Positions 10,530 through 18,837 of a stretch of 40,945 nt of DNA are shown here, in pieces. The number at the start of each line of letters is the position of its first letter. The first letter of the stretch is position 1. Position numbers and translations under genes: made by a program. The stretch is taken from contig JAYVRO010000555.1 in the NCBI GenBank assembly GCA_043776165.1, forward strand, positions 1-40,945, written 5' to 3'. The notes below the pieces were generated by a model, which was not told the DNA's origin, did no database searches, and worked only from the letters and a program-made list of their open reading frames with translations. The stretch is from Rubrivivax sp. (GTDB taxonomy: Bacteria > Pseudomonadota > Gammaproteobacteria > Burkholderiales > Burkholderiaceae_C).

Positions 10530-10679
10530 GCCAAGAAACCGCAATTGAGCGCTTCGCGCCGCTGGAAAGATCACATGAATGCTGAAGTTTGGGCTCACGA
10601 AGAAGTTCACCCGCAGGGTAACAACGCTACACGCCTGCGCGCACCACGCTCAGACGCGTCCAACTGCGGTTTCTAGGCT
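10529..10679 (+). mobile_element. MITE-like element family A, copy 2 (151 bp, internally deleted)
   Basis: TIRs AGCCAAGAAACCGCAATTG / CAACTGCGGTTTCTAGGCT. Colinear with copies 1 and 3 but lacks 102 bp between CACGCT microhomologies. Confidence 0.75.
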
Positions 10680-10784
10680 GAGTGACAGCTGACTCAGCGG
10701 TCGCGCAGTCTTGCACCTTTGACATTGGCTGATCGCCTCGCCACCGGCGGCCCGGCCTCGGCGGCCAGCGGGGCCCGCTGGCCC

Positions 10785-11648
10785 ATGGGGTTGCCGATCT
10801 TTGCACTGCTCTTCAACGCCATGGTGTGGGGCGTGTCGTGGTGGCCTTTTCGCCAGCTCGAAGTTCGCGGCTTGCACCCCCTGTGGGCCACGGCCCTGAT
10901 CTATCTGCTGGCCGTGCTCGCCATCAGCTTGACGCGGCCTCGCAGTTGGTTCGAACTGCTGCGCACACCCGCGTTGTGGGTCCTGGTGGTGGCCTCGGGT
11001 ACCACCAACGCGGCCTTCAACTGGGCCGTGACCAGCGGCGACGTGGTGCGCGTCGTGCTGCTTTTTTACCTCATGCCCTTGTGGGCCGTGCTGCTGGCGC
11101 GCTGGCTGCTGGCTGAGCGTTTCACGCCTGTGGCATGGCTGCGCGTGGCCATGGCTTTGCTGGGCGCTGCCATCGTGCTGTGGCCCCAAGACGGCAGCGC
11201 CAGCGCTTGGCCCGTGCCGCGCGACCTGCCCGAGTGCCTGAGCGTGTTGGGGGGCTTCAGCTTCGCGCTCAACAACGTGATGTTGCGCCGCGAAGCCCGG
11301 CGCAGCGAAGGCGCGCGGGCCTTGGCGATGTTTGTGGGTGGTGTGTTGGTGGCCGGTGGCTTGGCGTTTGGTTTGGCACTGGCTGGCAGCGTGGCGTGGC
11401 CACCCCACAGCGCGGGGCCTTGGCTGCTGGGCGCGGTGCTCATGGGTGCGCTTTTCTTGGCCAGCAATCTGGCGCTGCAATTCGGCGCTGCGCGGCTCAG
11501 CGCCAGTACCACGGCCGTGGTGATGGTGAGTGAAGTGCTGTTCGCCAGTGTGTCTGCCGTGCTGCTGGGGGCCGGCAGCATCACCTTGCCCTTGTTGCTG
11601 GGCGCCGGCTTGATCCTGGGCGCGACCTTGCTCGCGCTGCGTCAGTGA
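10785..11648 (+). CDS. DMT/EamA family transporter
   Basis: About 10 hydrophobic segments; NAMVWGVSWWPFR and LLFYLMPLW motifs. Start uncertain (TTG 10719 is possible). Confidence 0.88.
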   Translation: MGLPIFALLFNAMVWGVSWWPFRQLEVRGLHPLWATALIYLLAVLAISLTRPRSWFELLRTPALWVLVVASGTTNAAFNWAVTSGDVVRVVLLFYLMPLWAVLLARWLLAERFTPVAWLRVAMALLGAAIVLWPQDGSASAWPVPRDLPECLSVLGGFSFALNNVMLRREARRSEGARALAMFVGGVLVAGGLAFGLALAGSVAWPPHSAGPWLLGAVLMGALFLASNLALQFGAARLSASTTAVVMVSEVLFASVSAVLLGAGSITLPLLLGAGLILGATLLALRQ

Positions 11649-11679
11649 ATTGTCAACACTGACATCATCTCAATCGTTA

Positions 11680-11838
11680 GGATCCGTTCGGGGATAACTT
11701 GAGCATTGGGCCGTCGGATGCGGGATGCGATGCAAGGCGCAAAGCACAGCGATGCCCATCGGCATCGCGAGCATTTGCAACGCCGCAGCGCGCCCGCAGT
11801 CGGCGAGCCAAATGGGCAAGTTATTCCCGAACGGGCCC
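11680..11838 (-). mobile_element. MITE-like element family B (159 bp) flanked by a TTA duplication
   Basis: 22-bp imperfect TIRs GGATCCGTTCGGGGATAACTTG / CAAGTTATTCCCGAACGGGCCC. TTA at 11677-11679 and at 11839-11841. The whole element is an imperfect palindrome. Confidence 0.75.
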
Positions 11839-12720
11839 TTAACGCTGTGAGGGCTGCGGCCCACCCGTCGGCGCCAACACGCCGTGCTGAAGCAACAAGC
11901 GGTGCATCAAGTCGTCGTCCAAGGGTTTGGCCAAGTAGGCATCGCAACCTGCCAGGGCGCCGCGCGCGCGGTCCACTTCGCTGTGGTGGGCCGACACCAT
12001 CACCACCAAGGGCGCAGCACTGCTGCCGACATGCCGGTGCAAACGTTTGATGTGTTGGCACAAAGCCAGACCGTCAAGATCACTGCCACGGCCCAGCTCG
12101 ATGTCCAAAAAAACCACGTCGTAGGCGCGCTGTGACAAGAGCTCGATGGCCTTGCCGCTGTGTGCGGCTTTGTCGATGTCCATGCCGTAGCGGCGCAAAA
12201 ACGTCTCCAGAAAGATTGCTGCGATCTCGCTGTCATCAACCACCAGGGCGCGGGACCTCGCGGCCAATGGTGGCGTGCTGGCGTGCTGCGCTGCAGTTGG
12301 GCTTGTTTTTGCGCTTGTCTTTGCGTCAGTTTTTGCGTGACCTGTTGCGCTGGGCGTTGCCGTGTCTGCGCTCGAGTCGAAACCTGGGTTGGCGCGCACT
12401 GGCGCACCGGTGCGTTGCGCGACCAGTCGGTCCAGTTCACGGAACAACAAGCCCGGGTCCAGGGGGCGGGCGAGCCAGCCCGGGCCTTCATCTTCGACCT
12501 GCGCCGCAATGAACACCGCGTCTTCCAGCCGCCCGGCACGCACCACGTCTGCCAGCGCCATGCCGTGATCGGCGTCCACCACAATGAGCTCGGCCTGCGC
12601 GATGGCGTCGACGGGCAAGTAGCGCGGCGTGCGGTGCACCGCCAAGCGCAGCGACGAACACAGCGTGCCGTGTTCAAACGCGCTGAAACCTTGAAAACAT
12701 ACGGGGATGGACACCGACAT
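11839..12720 (-). CDS. response regulator (C-terminal CheY/PilH-like receiver, atypical N-terminal domain)
   Basis: ALVVDDS, VVFLDIEL, DGLALC, VMVSAH and AGCDAYLAKPL. Confidence 0.85.
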   Translation of the reverse strand: MSVSIPVCFQGFSAFEHGTLCSSLRLAVHRTPRYLPVDAIAQAELIVVDADHGMALADVVRAGRLEDAVFIAAQVEDEGPGWLARPLDPGLLFRELDRLVAQRTGAPVRANPGFDSSADTATPSATGHAKTDAKTSAKTSPTAAQHASTPPLAARSRALVVDDSEIAAIFLETFLRRYGMDIDKAAHSGKAIELLSQRAYDVVFLDIELGRGSDLDGLALCQHIKRLHRHVGSSAAPLVVMVSAHHSEVDRARGALAGCDAYLAKPLDDDLMHRLLLQHGVLAPTGGPQPSQR

Positions 12721-12798
12721 GGCAAGCAACGGGGTGGGGTTCGGCCAACAAGCAGGAAGGCTAACATGGGGCCTGCTTTTCACGGCCTGAGGCCCACC

Positions 12799-13290
12799 AT
12801 GACAGTGACCACGGTCTACGACTTTGAAGCCCTTTCCATCCAAGGCAAGCGGGCCCACTTGTCAACACAACGAGGCAAGGTATTGCTCATCGTCAACACC
12901 GCCAGTGCGTGTGGTTTCACGCCGCAGTTTGCGGGCCTGGAGCAACTGTGGGAGCGCTACCGCGATCAAGGCTTGATGGTGGTGGGTTTCCCGAGCAACG
13001 AGTTCGGCAACCAGGACCCGGGCAGCGACGGTGAGATCGCGTCTTTCTGTCAGGTCAACTACGGCGTGAGCTTCCCGATGATGGGCAAGGTCACCGTCAA
13101 TGGCGCACAAGCCCATCCGCTGTGGCGTTGGCTCACTGCGCAAGCACCGGGCCTCCTGGGCACCACGGGTGTGAAGTGGAATTTCACCAAGTTTTTAGTG
13201 GGGCGCGATGGCCAAGTCATCAAGCGTTATGCCCCCAACGACACCCCTGCATCACTGCAACAAGACATTGAGAAAGCACTTGCCGCATGA
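12799..13290 (+). CDS. glutathione peroxidase (BtuE/Gpx family)
   Basis: IVNTASACGFTPQ, GFPSNEFGNQDPG and KWNFTKFL. Confidence 0.95.
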   Translation: MTVTTVYDFEALSIQGKRAHLSTQRGKVLLIVNTASACGFTPQFAGLEQLWERYRDQGLMVVGFPSNEFGNQDPGSDGEIASFCQVNYGVSFPMMGKVTVNGAQAHPLWRWLTAQAPGLLGTTGVKWNFTKFLVGRDGQVIKRYAPNDTPASLQQDIEKALAA

Positions 13291-14480
13291 CCTTTCAACA
13301 CCTGCCCGTGTACCCGGGTGACCCCATCCTGGGCCTCAACGAAGCCTTTCAAAAAGACCCGCGAAGCGACAAAGTCAACTTGTCCATCGGCATCTACTTC
13401 GATGACGCTGGCCGCATCCCCGTTCTCGGCTGCGTGCGTGAGGCCGAAGCGCAAATGCTGGCGCAGAGCGCACCCAAGTCTTACCTGCCCATCGATGGCT
13501 CTCCCGCCATGCGCCAGGCGGTGCAGCACTTGCTCTTTGGCGCACACCACGAGGCGGTGACCAGTGGCCGCGTGGCGACCTTGCAAACCGTCGGGTCCAG
13601 TGGTGGGCTGAGGGTGGGGGCCGATTTCATCAAACGTTGGTTGCCTCAAAGCGAGATCTGGGTGAGCGACCCGACCTGGGACAACCACCGCGCCATGTTT
13701 GAAGGCGCGGGCATCACCGTCAACACCTACCCGTATTACGACGCCACCACAGGCGGGCTGAAGTTCGATGCCATGCTCGCCACGCTGAATGGCCTGCCCA
13801 AGCGCAGCGTGGTGCTCTTGCATGCCTGCTGCCACAACCCCACGGGCGTGGATCTCACACCGGCGCAGTGGCAAGCCTTGGTGCCCGTGCTGCGCGAGCG
13901 CGAACTCATCGCCTACCTGGACCTGGCCTACCAAGGTTATGGCCAAGGCATTGAGCAAGACGCCTACGCTGCGCGTGCCTTGGCCGACGCGGGCGTCACC
14001 TTCTTCATCGCCAATTCGTTTTCCAAGAGCATGAGCGTTTATGGCGAGCGCGCTGGCGCGTTGAGTGTGGTGTGCGGCGACCGCGCTGAAGCCAATTTGG
14101 TGTCCGGGCAAATGCAAGTGGTGGTGCGCAGGAACTATTCGAGCCCGGGTCTTCACGCGGCGGGCATCGTCAGCCGCGTGCTCGGTGACGCGGCGCTGCG
14201 CACGGCCTGGGAGGCCGATGTGGCCGCCATGCGCGAACGCATCATGAGCATGCGGCGCAGTCTGCACGAGGTGCTGACAGCCAAGGTGCCTGGCCGCGAC
14301 TTTGGCTACTTCCTCAGCCAGCGCGGCATGTTCAGTTACACGGGGTTGAGTGCAGCCCAAGTGGACCGCCTGCGCGAAGAGTTTGGCGTGTACCTCGTGC
14401 GCTCTGGACGCATGTGCGTGGCAGGGCTCAATACCTCGAACGTTGAACGCACTGCCGCTGCTTTGGCCGCCGTGCTTTGA
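13287..14480 (+). CDS. tyrB: aromatic amino acid / aspartate aminotransferase
   Basis: GDPILGL, LLHACCHNPTG, DLAYQG, SFSKSMSVYGER and QRGMFSY. Confidence 0.9.
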   Translation: MTFQHLPVYPGDPILGLNEAFQKDPRSDKVNLSIGIYFDDAGRIPVLGCVREAEAQMLAQSAPKSYLPIDGSPAMRQAVQHLLFGAHHEAVTSGRVATLQTVGSSGGLRVGADFIKRWLPQSEIWVSDPTWDNHRAMFEGAGITVNTYPYYDATTGGLKFDAMLATLNGLPKRSVVLLHACCHNPTGVDLTPAQWQALVPVLRERELIAYLDLAYQGYGQGIEQDAYAARALADAGVTFFIANSFSKSMSVYGERAGALSVVCGDRAEANLVSGQMQVVVRRNYSSPGLHAAGIVSRVLGDAALRTAWEADVAAMRERIMSMRRSLHEVLTAKVPGRDFGYFLSQRGMFSYTGLSAAQVDRLREEFGVYLVRSGRMCVAGLNTSNVERTAAALAAVL

Positions 14481-14527
14481 ACGACTCGCCGCGTTCAAAA
14501 TCCCCATTCTGTGGGGGCTGCCCTGTC

Positions 14528-14780
14528 ACCCTAGAAACCGCAGTTGACCGCTCTCCACCGCTGGATAGACCGCATGAACACTGAAATTTGGGCTCACGAA
14601 GATATTCACCTGTCGGGTGACAGCGCTACACACCCGAGCGCACCACGCTGCACCACGCTGGCGGCGTTGCGAATCCGCGCGATGCCTCAACGTGAAGTCC
14701 ATGGCATCGCTGTGGTTCGCGCCTTGCCACCCTGGCGCATCGCGGCACGCTCGAGCGCGTCCAACTGCGGTTTCTAGGGT
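14528..14780 (+). mobile_element. MITE-like element family A, copy 3 (253 bp)
   Basis: Perfect 19-bp TIR ACCCTAGAAACCGCAGTTG / CAACTGCGGTTTCTAGGGT. Same length as copy 1, in opposite orientation. Confidence 0.82.
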
Positions 14781-14800
14781 CACTCGAGGTGGTTCAATAC

Positions 14801-15742
14801 ATGACTGAAAAAGACGACAGGGAGGCGCGCATGCCCGAGCCAGAAGGCTCTTCTCGACTGACCACCGTCGGCCCCTCGCAGCTGACCCTGAGTTGCGACG
14901 ACGACTACCGCCTTGAAGCCACGTGCTTTGAGGCCGCAAACACGCCGCGCGCCATCATCGTGGTGGCCGCGGCCTTGGGCGTGCCGCGCCGTGCCTACCA
15001 GCGCTTTGGTGAATTCATGTCGGCCCAGGGCGTGGCTTGTCTCACTTTTGACTACCGGGGTGTGGGCGAGTCGGTGCCCAGCGAAGGCCAAGAATCACTC
15101 ATCGACATGGAGCGCTGGGGCCGCCAAGACATTGACGCCGCCATCCGTGGTGCGGCTTCGCTGTACCCTGGCACGCCGATTTTTCTGATGGGCCACAGCT
15201 GCGGCGCGCAGCTCTTTGGCCTGGCCTCGGCGAGCAAACAATTGGCAGGCGCCATCCTGGTGGCGCCGAGCTTGCCGCACGCATCACGCTACCCGCGGCC
15301 TGACCGCTACGGGCTGCGTTTCATGTGGCGCTTCATGGTGCCCCTTTTGAGCCGTGGCGCTGGCCACACGCCAATGACGCTTCCCGGCATGCGTGGTGCC
15401 ATTGCGCCCAAAGCCGTTTTTAAGCAGTGGGCCCGTTGGTGCCGTAGCCGTGAGTATCTGTTCGACCCCAAGTTCAAGCTCGACACCACGGCGTACTCCA
15501 TGCTCAAGCTGCCCTTGTTGGTGGTCAGCGTGTCTGATGACGAGCAGGCGCCGCCCTTGGCGGTTGACGCTTTGCTCAAGCGGTTCCCAGTGGCCGAGGT
15601 GGAGCGTCGCTTGATCGACGTGCAACGACTGGGTTTTGGCAGCGTGGGCCACATGGGATTTTTCCGCAGCAAAACGCGTGACGCGCTGTGGTTCCCGCTG
15701 CTGGCGTGGATTGCCCGCCATCGCGACCACAGGGTCGCCTGA
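14801..15742 (+). CDS. predicted alpha/beta hydrolase
   Basis: A.GV..R.Y..F, FDYRGVGES, GHSCGAQ elbow, DD..AP and GHMGFF. GAGGTGG RBS. Confidence 0.88.
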   Translation: MTEKDDREARMPEPEGSSRLTTVGPSQLTLSCDDDYRLEATCFEAANTPRAIIVVAAALGVPRRAYQRFGEFMSAQGVACLTFDYRGVGESVPSEGQESLIDMERWGRQDIDAAIRGAASLYPGTPIFLMGHSCGAQLFGLASASKQLAGAILVAPSLPHASRYPRPDRYGLRFMWRFMVPLLSRGAGHTPMTLPGMRGAIAPKAVFKQWARWCRSREYLFDPKFKLDTTAYSMLKLPLLVVSVSDDEQAPPLAVDALLKRFPVAEVERRLIDVQRLGFGSVGHMGFFRSKTRDALWFPLLAWIARHRDHRVA

Positions 15743-15746
15743 GGGT

Positions 15747-16505
15747 TCAGATACAGCGCCCGCCGTCCACTTCCATGCACACGCCAGTGATCATGCTGGC
15801 CTCGTCGCTGCACAAAAAGCAGGCCGCGTTGCCCAGGTCTTCGGGCTGAGAAAAGCGCCCGATCGGGATAGTGGACAAGAACTTGGCGCGTATCTCGGGC
15901 GTGTCTTCGCCCATGAAGGTTTTGAGCAGCGGCGTCTCACCCGCCACCGGGTTGAGCGCCACCACACGAATGCCAAAAGGTGCCAGTTCCACCGCCATGG
16001 TGCGTGTCGCGGTGATGACCCAGCCCTTGCTGGCGTTGTACCAAGACAAGCGTGGGCGCGGGCTCACACCGGCCGTGCTGGCCATGTTCAAGATGACCGC
16101 TTGTTTGTTTTTGTCCGCACGGGCCTTCATGCGCGGCACGGCCTCGCGAGCGGCCAAATAAATCGCCTTCATGTTGACGGCAAAGATGCGGTCGAACTCG
16201 TCTTCTGGCAGGCTCTCAAGGGGCTGCGGCAAGTGGCCCACGCCAGCGTTGTTGACGACGATATCGAGGCCGCCAAAGTGCAGTTGTGCCGCGTCCATCA
16301 TGGTCGCCACATCAGCCGCAACGCTGACATCAACGCGCAGCGCGCGGGCGGCCGGGCCCACGCTGGCAGCGACGTCGAGCGCGGCCTGCAGGTTCATGTC
16401 AGCCACCAGCACTTGCGCGCCTTCGGCAACAAACTTGCGCACGATGCCCGCGCCAAAACCCGAGCCCCCGCCGGTGACGATGGCAACCTTGTTTTTGAGT
16501 CTCAT
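15747..16505 (-). CDS. SDR family oxidoreductase
   Basis: TGGGSGFG, NNAG, YNASK catalytic motif and VDGG. Confidence 0.93.
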   Translation of the reverse strand: MRLKNKVAIVTGGGSGFGAGIVRKFVAEGAQVLVADMNLQAALDVAASVGPAARALRVDVSVAADVATMMDAAQLHFGGLDIVVNNAGVGHLPQPLESLPEDEFDRIFAVNMKAIYLAAREAVPRMKARADKNKQAVILNMASTAGVSPRPRLSWYNASKGWVITATRTMAVELAPFGIRVVALNPVAGETPLLKTFMGEDTPEIRAKFLSTIPIGRFSQPEDLGNAACFLCSDEASMITGVCMEVDGGRCI

Positions 16506-16924
16506 GGCTGGTTTCCCATCAGGTTGGTGAATGGTTTGCGGTTCTTGAAACGGTAAGAGCGAAAGTCGCGCTGGTCGGTCGACAAGATGCGGCCGTGGCC
16601 CAAATGTTCGGCCAACAGCACCAGGCTCGCGTCAGCCAGATCCATCGGCAGATTGGCATATTTGCGCATGAGCGTTGGCACGCTGCGCAGCTGCTCGGGG
16701 CCAGGCGACCACACCTGAAAACCGCCGTCTGCGGCGTCTTCCATCAAAGCGCTGGCGTAGGCAGTGCCCAGTCGGCGGGTCATCAAATGCGTGGCTTCGG
16801 TGAGCACCGGCCAGGTCGTGACCCAGCCCTGCGCAGCCGTGTTGGCATGGTCCAAAGCACGTTCATGCCAAGCATCACGTGCGTCGACCAAGGCGTACAA
16901 AAACCCCGTGTCAACAATGATCAC
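16502..16924 (-). CDS. vapC: PIN-domain toxin, VapC family
   Basis: IIVDTG, VLTE, MDLADASL and ILSTDQRDF acidic PIN motifs. Confidence 0.9.
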   Translation of the reverse strand: MIIVDTGFLYALVDARDAWHERALDHANTAAQGWVTTWPVLTEATHLMTRRLGTAYASALMEDAADGGFQVWSPGPEQLRSVPTLMRKYANLPMDLADASLVLLAEHLGHGRILSTDQRDFRSYRFKNRKPFTNLMGNQP

Positions 16925-17205
16925 TTGCGGCGCAGCCCGTGCTTGGACACCAAGGCGTCGGTGAGCTCGTTCTTAACGTTTGACGCAACCAGGTGGCGTG
17001 CGCTGTCGCCCTTGCCCACCAATGCCAACAAACGTGTCGGCTGGCGTTGCTGCGACTGCACGTGCACAAAGTAGCGCGCCACGCTATCGCGCAGCACGTG
17101 GCTCACGCTGTGGCCCGTGGTTTGCGTCAGATAGCGCAGCTGGCTTTCGGTCATCTCATCCAGCCTTGCGTTGACACGTGGGCCGGGGTTGGTGTGGGTG
17201 GTCAT
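16921..17205 (-). CDS. RHH/CopG-type antitoxin
   Basis: RVNARLD....QL.YL...TG.SVS.VLR.SV pattern. Overlaps the PIN gene start (ATGA). GAGG RBS. Confidence 0.8.
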   Translation of the reverse strand: MTTHTNPGPRVNARLDEMTESQLRYLTQTTGHSVSHVLRDSVARYFVHVQSQQRQPTRLLALVGKGDSARHLVASNVKNELTDALVSKHGLRRK

Positions 17206-17223
17206 CGTGGCCTCGTTAGTATT

Positions 17224-17243
17224 GTGTATGACAGTGTATGACA
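17224..17243 (-). promoter_or_regulatory. putative antitoxin operator, perfect tandem (TGTCATACAC)x2
   Basis: 10-bp perfect direct repeat in an AT-rich stretch about 20 bp upstream of the antitoxin start. Confidence 0.5.
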
Positions 17244-17282
17244 ATTCGACTTGTTCACACAGCCTGTTCGCACAACCCATCT

Positions 17283-18803
17283 TCAATCGTGCTTGATGGC
17301 CACCGTCTTGAGTGTCGAGAACCCGTACAAGGCCTCAAAGCCTTTTTCGCGCCCATGGCCTGAATGTTTGACGCCACCAAAGGGCAGCTCCACACCGCCA
17401 CCTGCACCGTAGTTGTTGATGAACACCTGCCCGCATTGCAGCTTGCGAGCCATGCGCAAGGCGCAGCTGCCATCGCGTGTCCACACACCCGCCACCAAGC
17501 CGTAGGCCGTGCCGTTGGCGATGGCCAAGCCCTCGGCTTCATCGTCAAAAGCGATGACGGCTTGCACCGGGCCGAAGATCTCTTCTTGGGCGATGCGGTG
17601 CGTCGGACTCACGTCCGCCACCAGGGTGGGCGGCACATAAAAGCCACCTCGAGGCAAGTCGCCCGGCAGCGGCGCTTGCGCTGCCACGCGCAAGCCACTG
17701 CTGTGCACGCCGTCCAGGTAAGCCACCACGCCATCGCGCTGGCGCGCCGAGATGAGCGGGCCCACGTCCAAGTCCGCCATTGCTGGGCCCACACGCAAAA
17801 CACGGTAACGCTCAGACATGCGCTGCACAACCTGGTCAAACACCGCGCGCTGCACCAAGATGCGCGAAGCCGCTGAACACGTCTGCCCCGCGTTTTGAAT
17901 GCCCGCGTTGACGAGAAATGGCATCGCCGCGTCCAGGTCGGCATCCGCAAAAACGATCTGCGGGCTTTTGCCACCCAGCTCCAACGTGACGGGCACCGCG
18001 TTCTTGGCCGCAGCGGCTTGAATCAAGGCTCCCACCTGCACCGAGCCGGTGAAAGAGATGTGCCGCACACCCGCGTGCGCTGCCAGCGCTGCACCGGCCT
18101 CTTCACCGAGCCCCGGCACGACATTCAGCGCCCCTGCGGGCAAACCCGCTTGCTGCGCAATCCGCGCAAAGGCCAGCGCCGTCAAGCAGGCTTCTTCGGC
18201 AGGTTTGAGTACACAGGCATTGCCCATGGCGAGCGCCGCACCCACGCTGCGGCCAATGATCTGCATGGGGTAGTTCCAGGGCACGATGTGCGCCGTCACA
18301 CCATGCGGCTCGCGGATTGAAAACGCCGTGTAGCCGTTGTTGAAAGGGATGGTGTCGCCGTGCACTTTGTCGGCCGCGCCGCCGTAGAACTCGAGGTAGC
18401 GCGCCAGGGCCACGGCGTCTGCCCGACCTTGTTTGACGGGTTTGCCGACGTCCAGCGCTTCCAGCCGCGCGAGCTCGTCGGCTTGTTCCAGCACCAACGC
18501 GCTCATCTTCCATAAAAGGCGCCCACGCTCGGTGGCAGTGAGCTGGCCCCAAGAACCGGCCAACGTTTCATCCAGGGCGCTTTGCGCGGCTCGCACCGCA
18601 GCGTTGATGTCTGCCGCATTGCCGCGCGCAATGCGTGCCAGTTCGCTGCCATCAGAAGGGTTGAGCAGGGGCAAGGTTTGGCCGTTGTCGCCCGCGCGCC
18701 AGCGCCCGCCGATGAAGACCTGCGTGGTGTTGAAACTGAGGTTGAAACCGAGGTCGAAACCGAGGTCGAACCTGACGTCAGAACCGCTGGTTTGCATGGC
18801 CAT
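17283..18803 (-). CDS. aldehyde dehydrogenase
   Basis: PWNYP, KPAE, FTGS, LELGGKSP, NAGQTCSA and EEIFGPV. Start is 18803 or 18797. Confidence 0.95.
   Translation of the reverse strand: MAMQTSGSDVRFDLGFDLGFNLSFNTTQVFIGGRWRAGDNGQTLPLLNPSDGSELARIARGNAADINAAVRAAQSALDETLAGSWGQLTATERGRLLWKMSALVLEQADELARLEALDVGKPVKQGRADAVALARYLEFYGGAADKVHGDTIPFNNGYTAFSIREPHGVTAHIVPWNYPMQIIGRSVGAALAMGNACVLKPAEEACLTALAFARIAQQAGLPAGALNVVPGLGEEAGAALAAHAGVRHISFTGSVQVGALIQAAAAKNAVPVTLELGGKSPQIVFADADLDAAMPFLVNAGIQNAGQTCSAASRILVQRAVFDQVVQRMSERYRVLRVGPAMADLDVGPLISARQRDGVVAYLDGVHSSGLRVAAQAPLPGDLPRGGFYVPPTLVADVSPTHRIAQEEIFGPVQAVIAFDDEAEGLAIANGTAYGLVAGVWTRDGSCALRMARKLQCGQVFINNYGAGGGVELPFGGVKHSGHGREKGFEALYGFSTLKTVAIKHD
18732..18779. 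repeat. 4 x 12-bp degenerate tandem repeat in the ALDH 5' end
   Basis: GAAACTGAGGTT GAAACCGAGGTC GAAACCGAGGTC GAACCTGACGTC, encoding DVRF-DLGF-DLGF-NLSF. Confidence 0.85.
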
Positions 18804-18837
18804 GATCTCTTGCTTTGATAGGGCATCATAGGTCGCG

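Noticed and set aside
11641-11663. Hairpin GTCAGTG-N9-CACTGAC at the DMT stop as a terminator
   Set aside because: The stem is only 7 bp, the loop is long and there is no U tract, so it cannot be supported.
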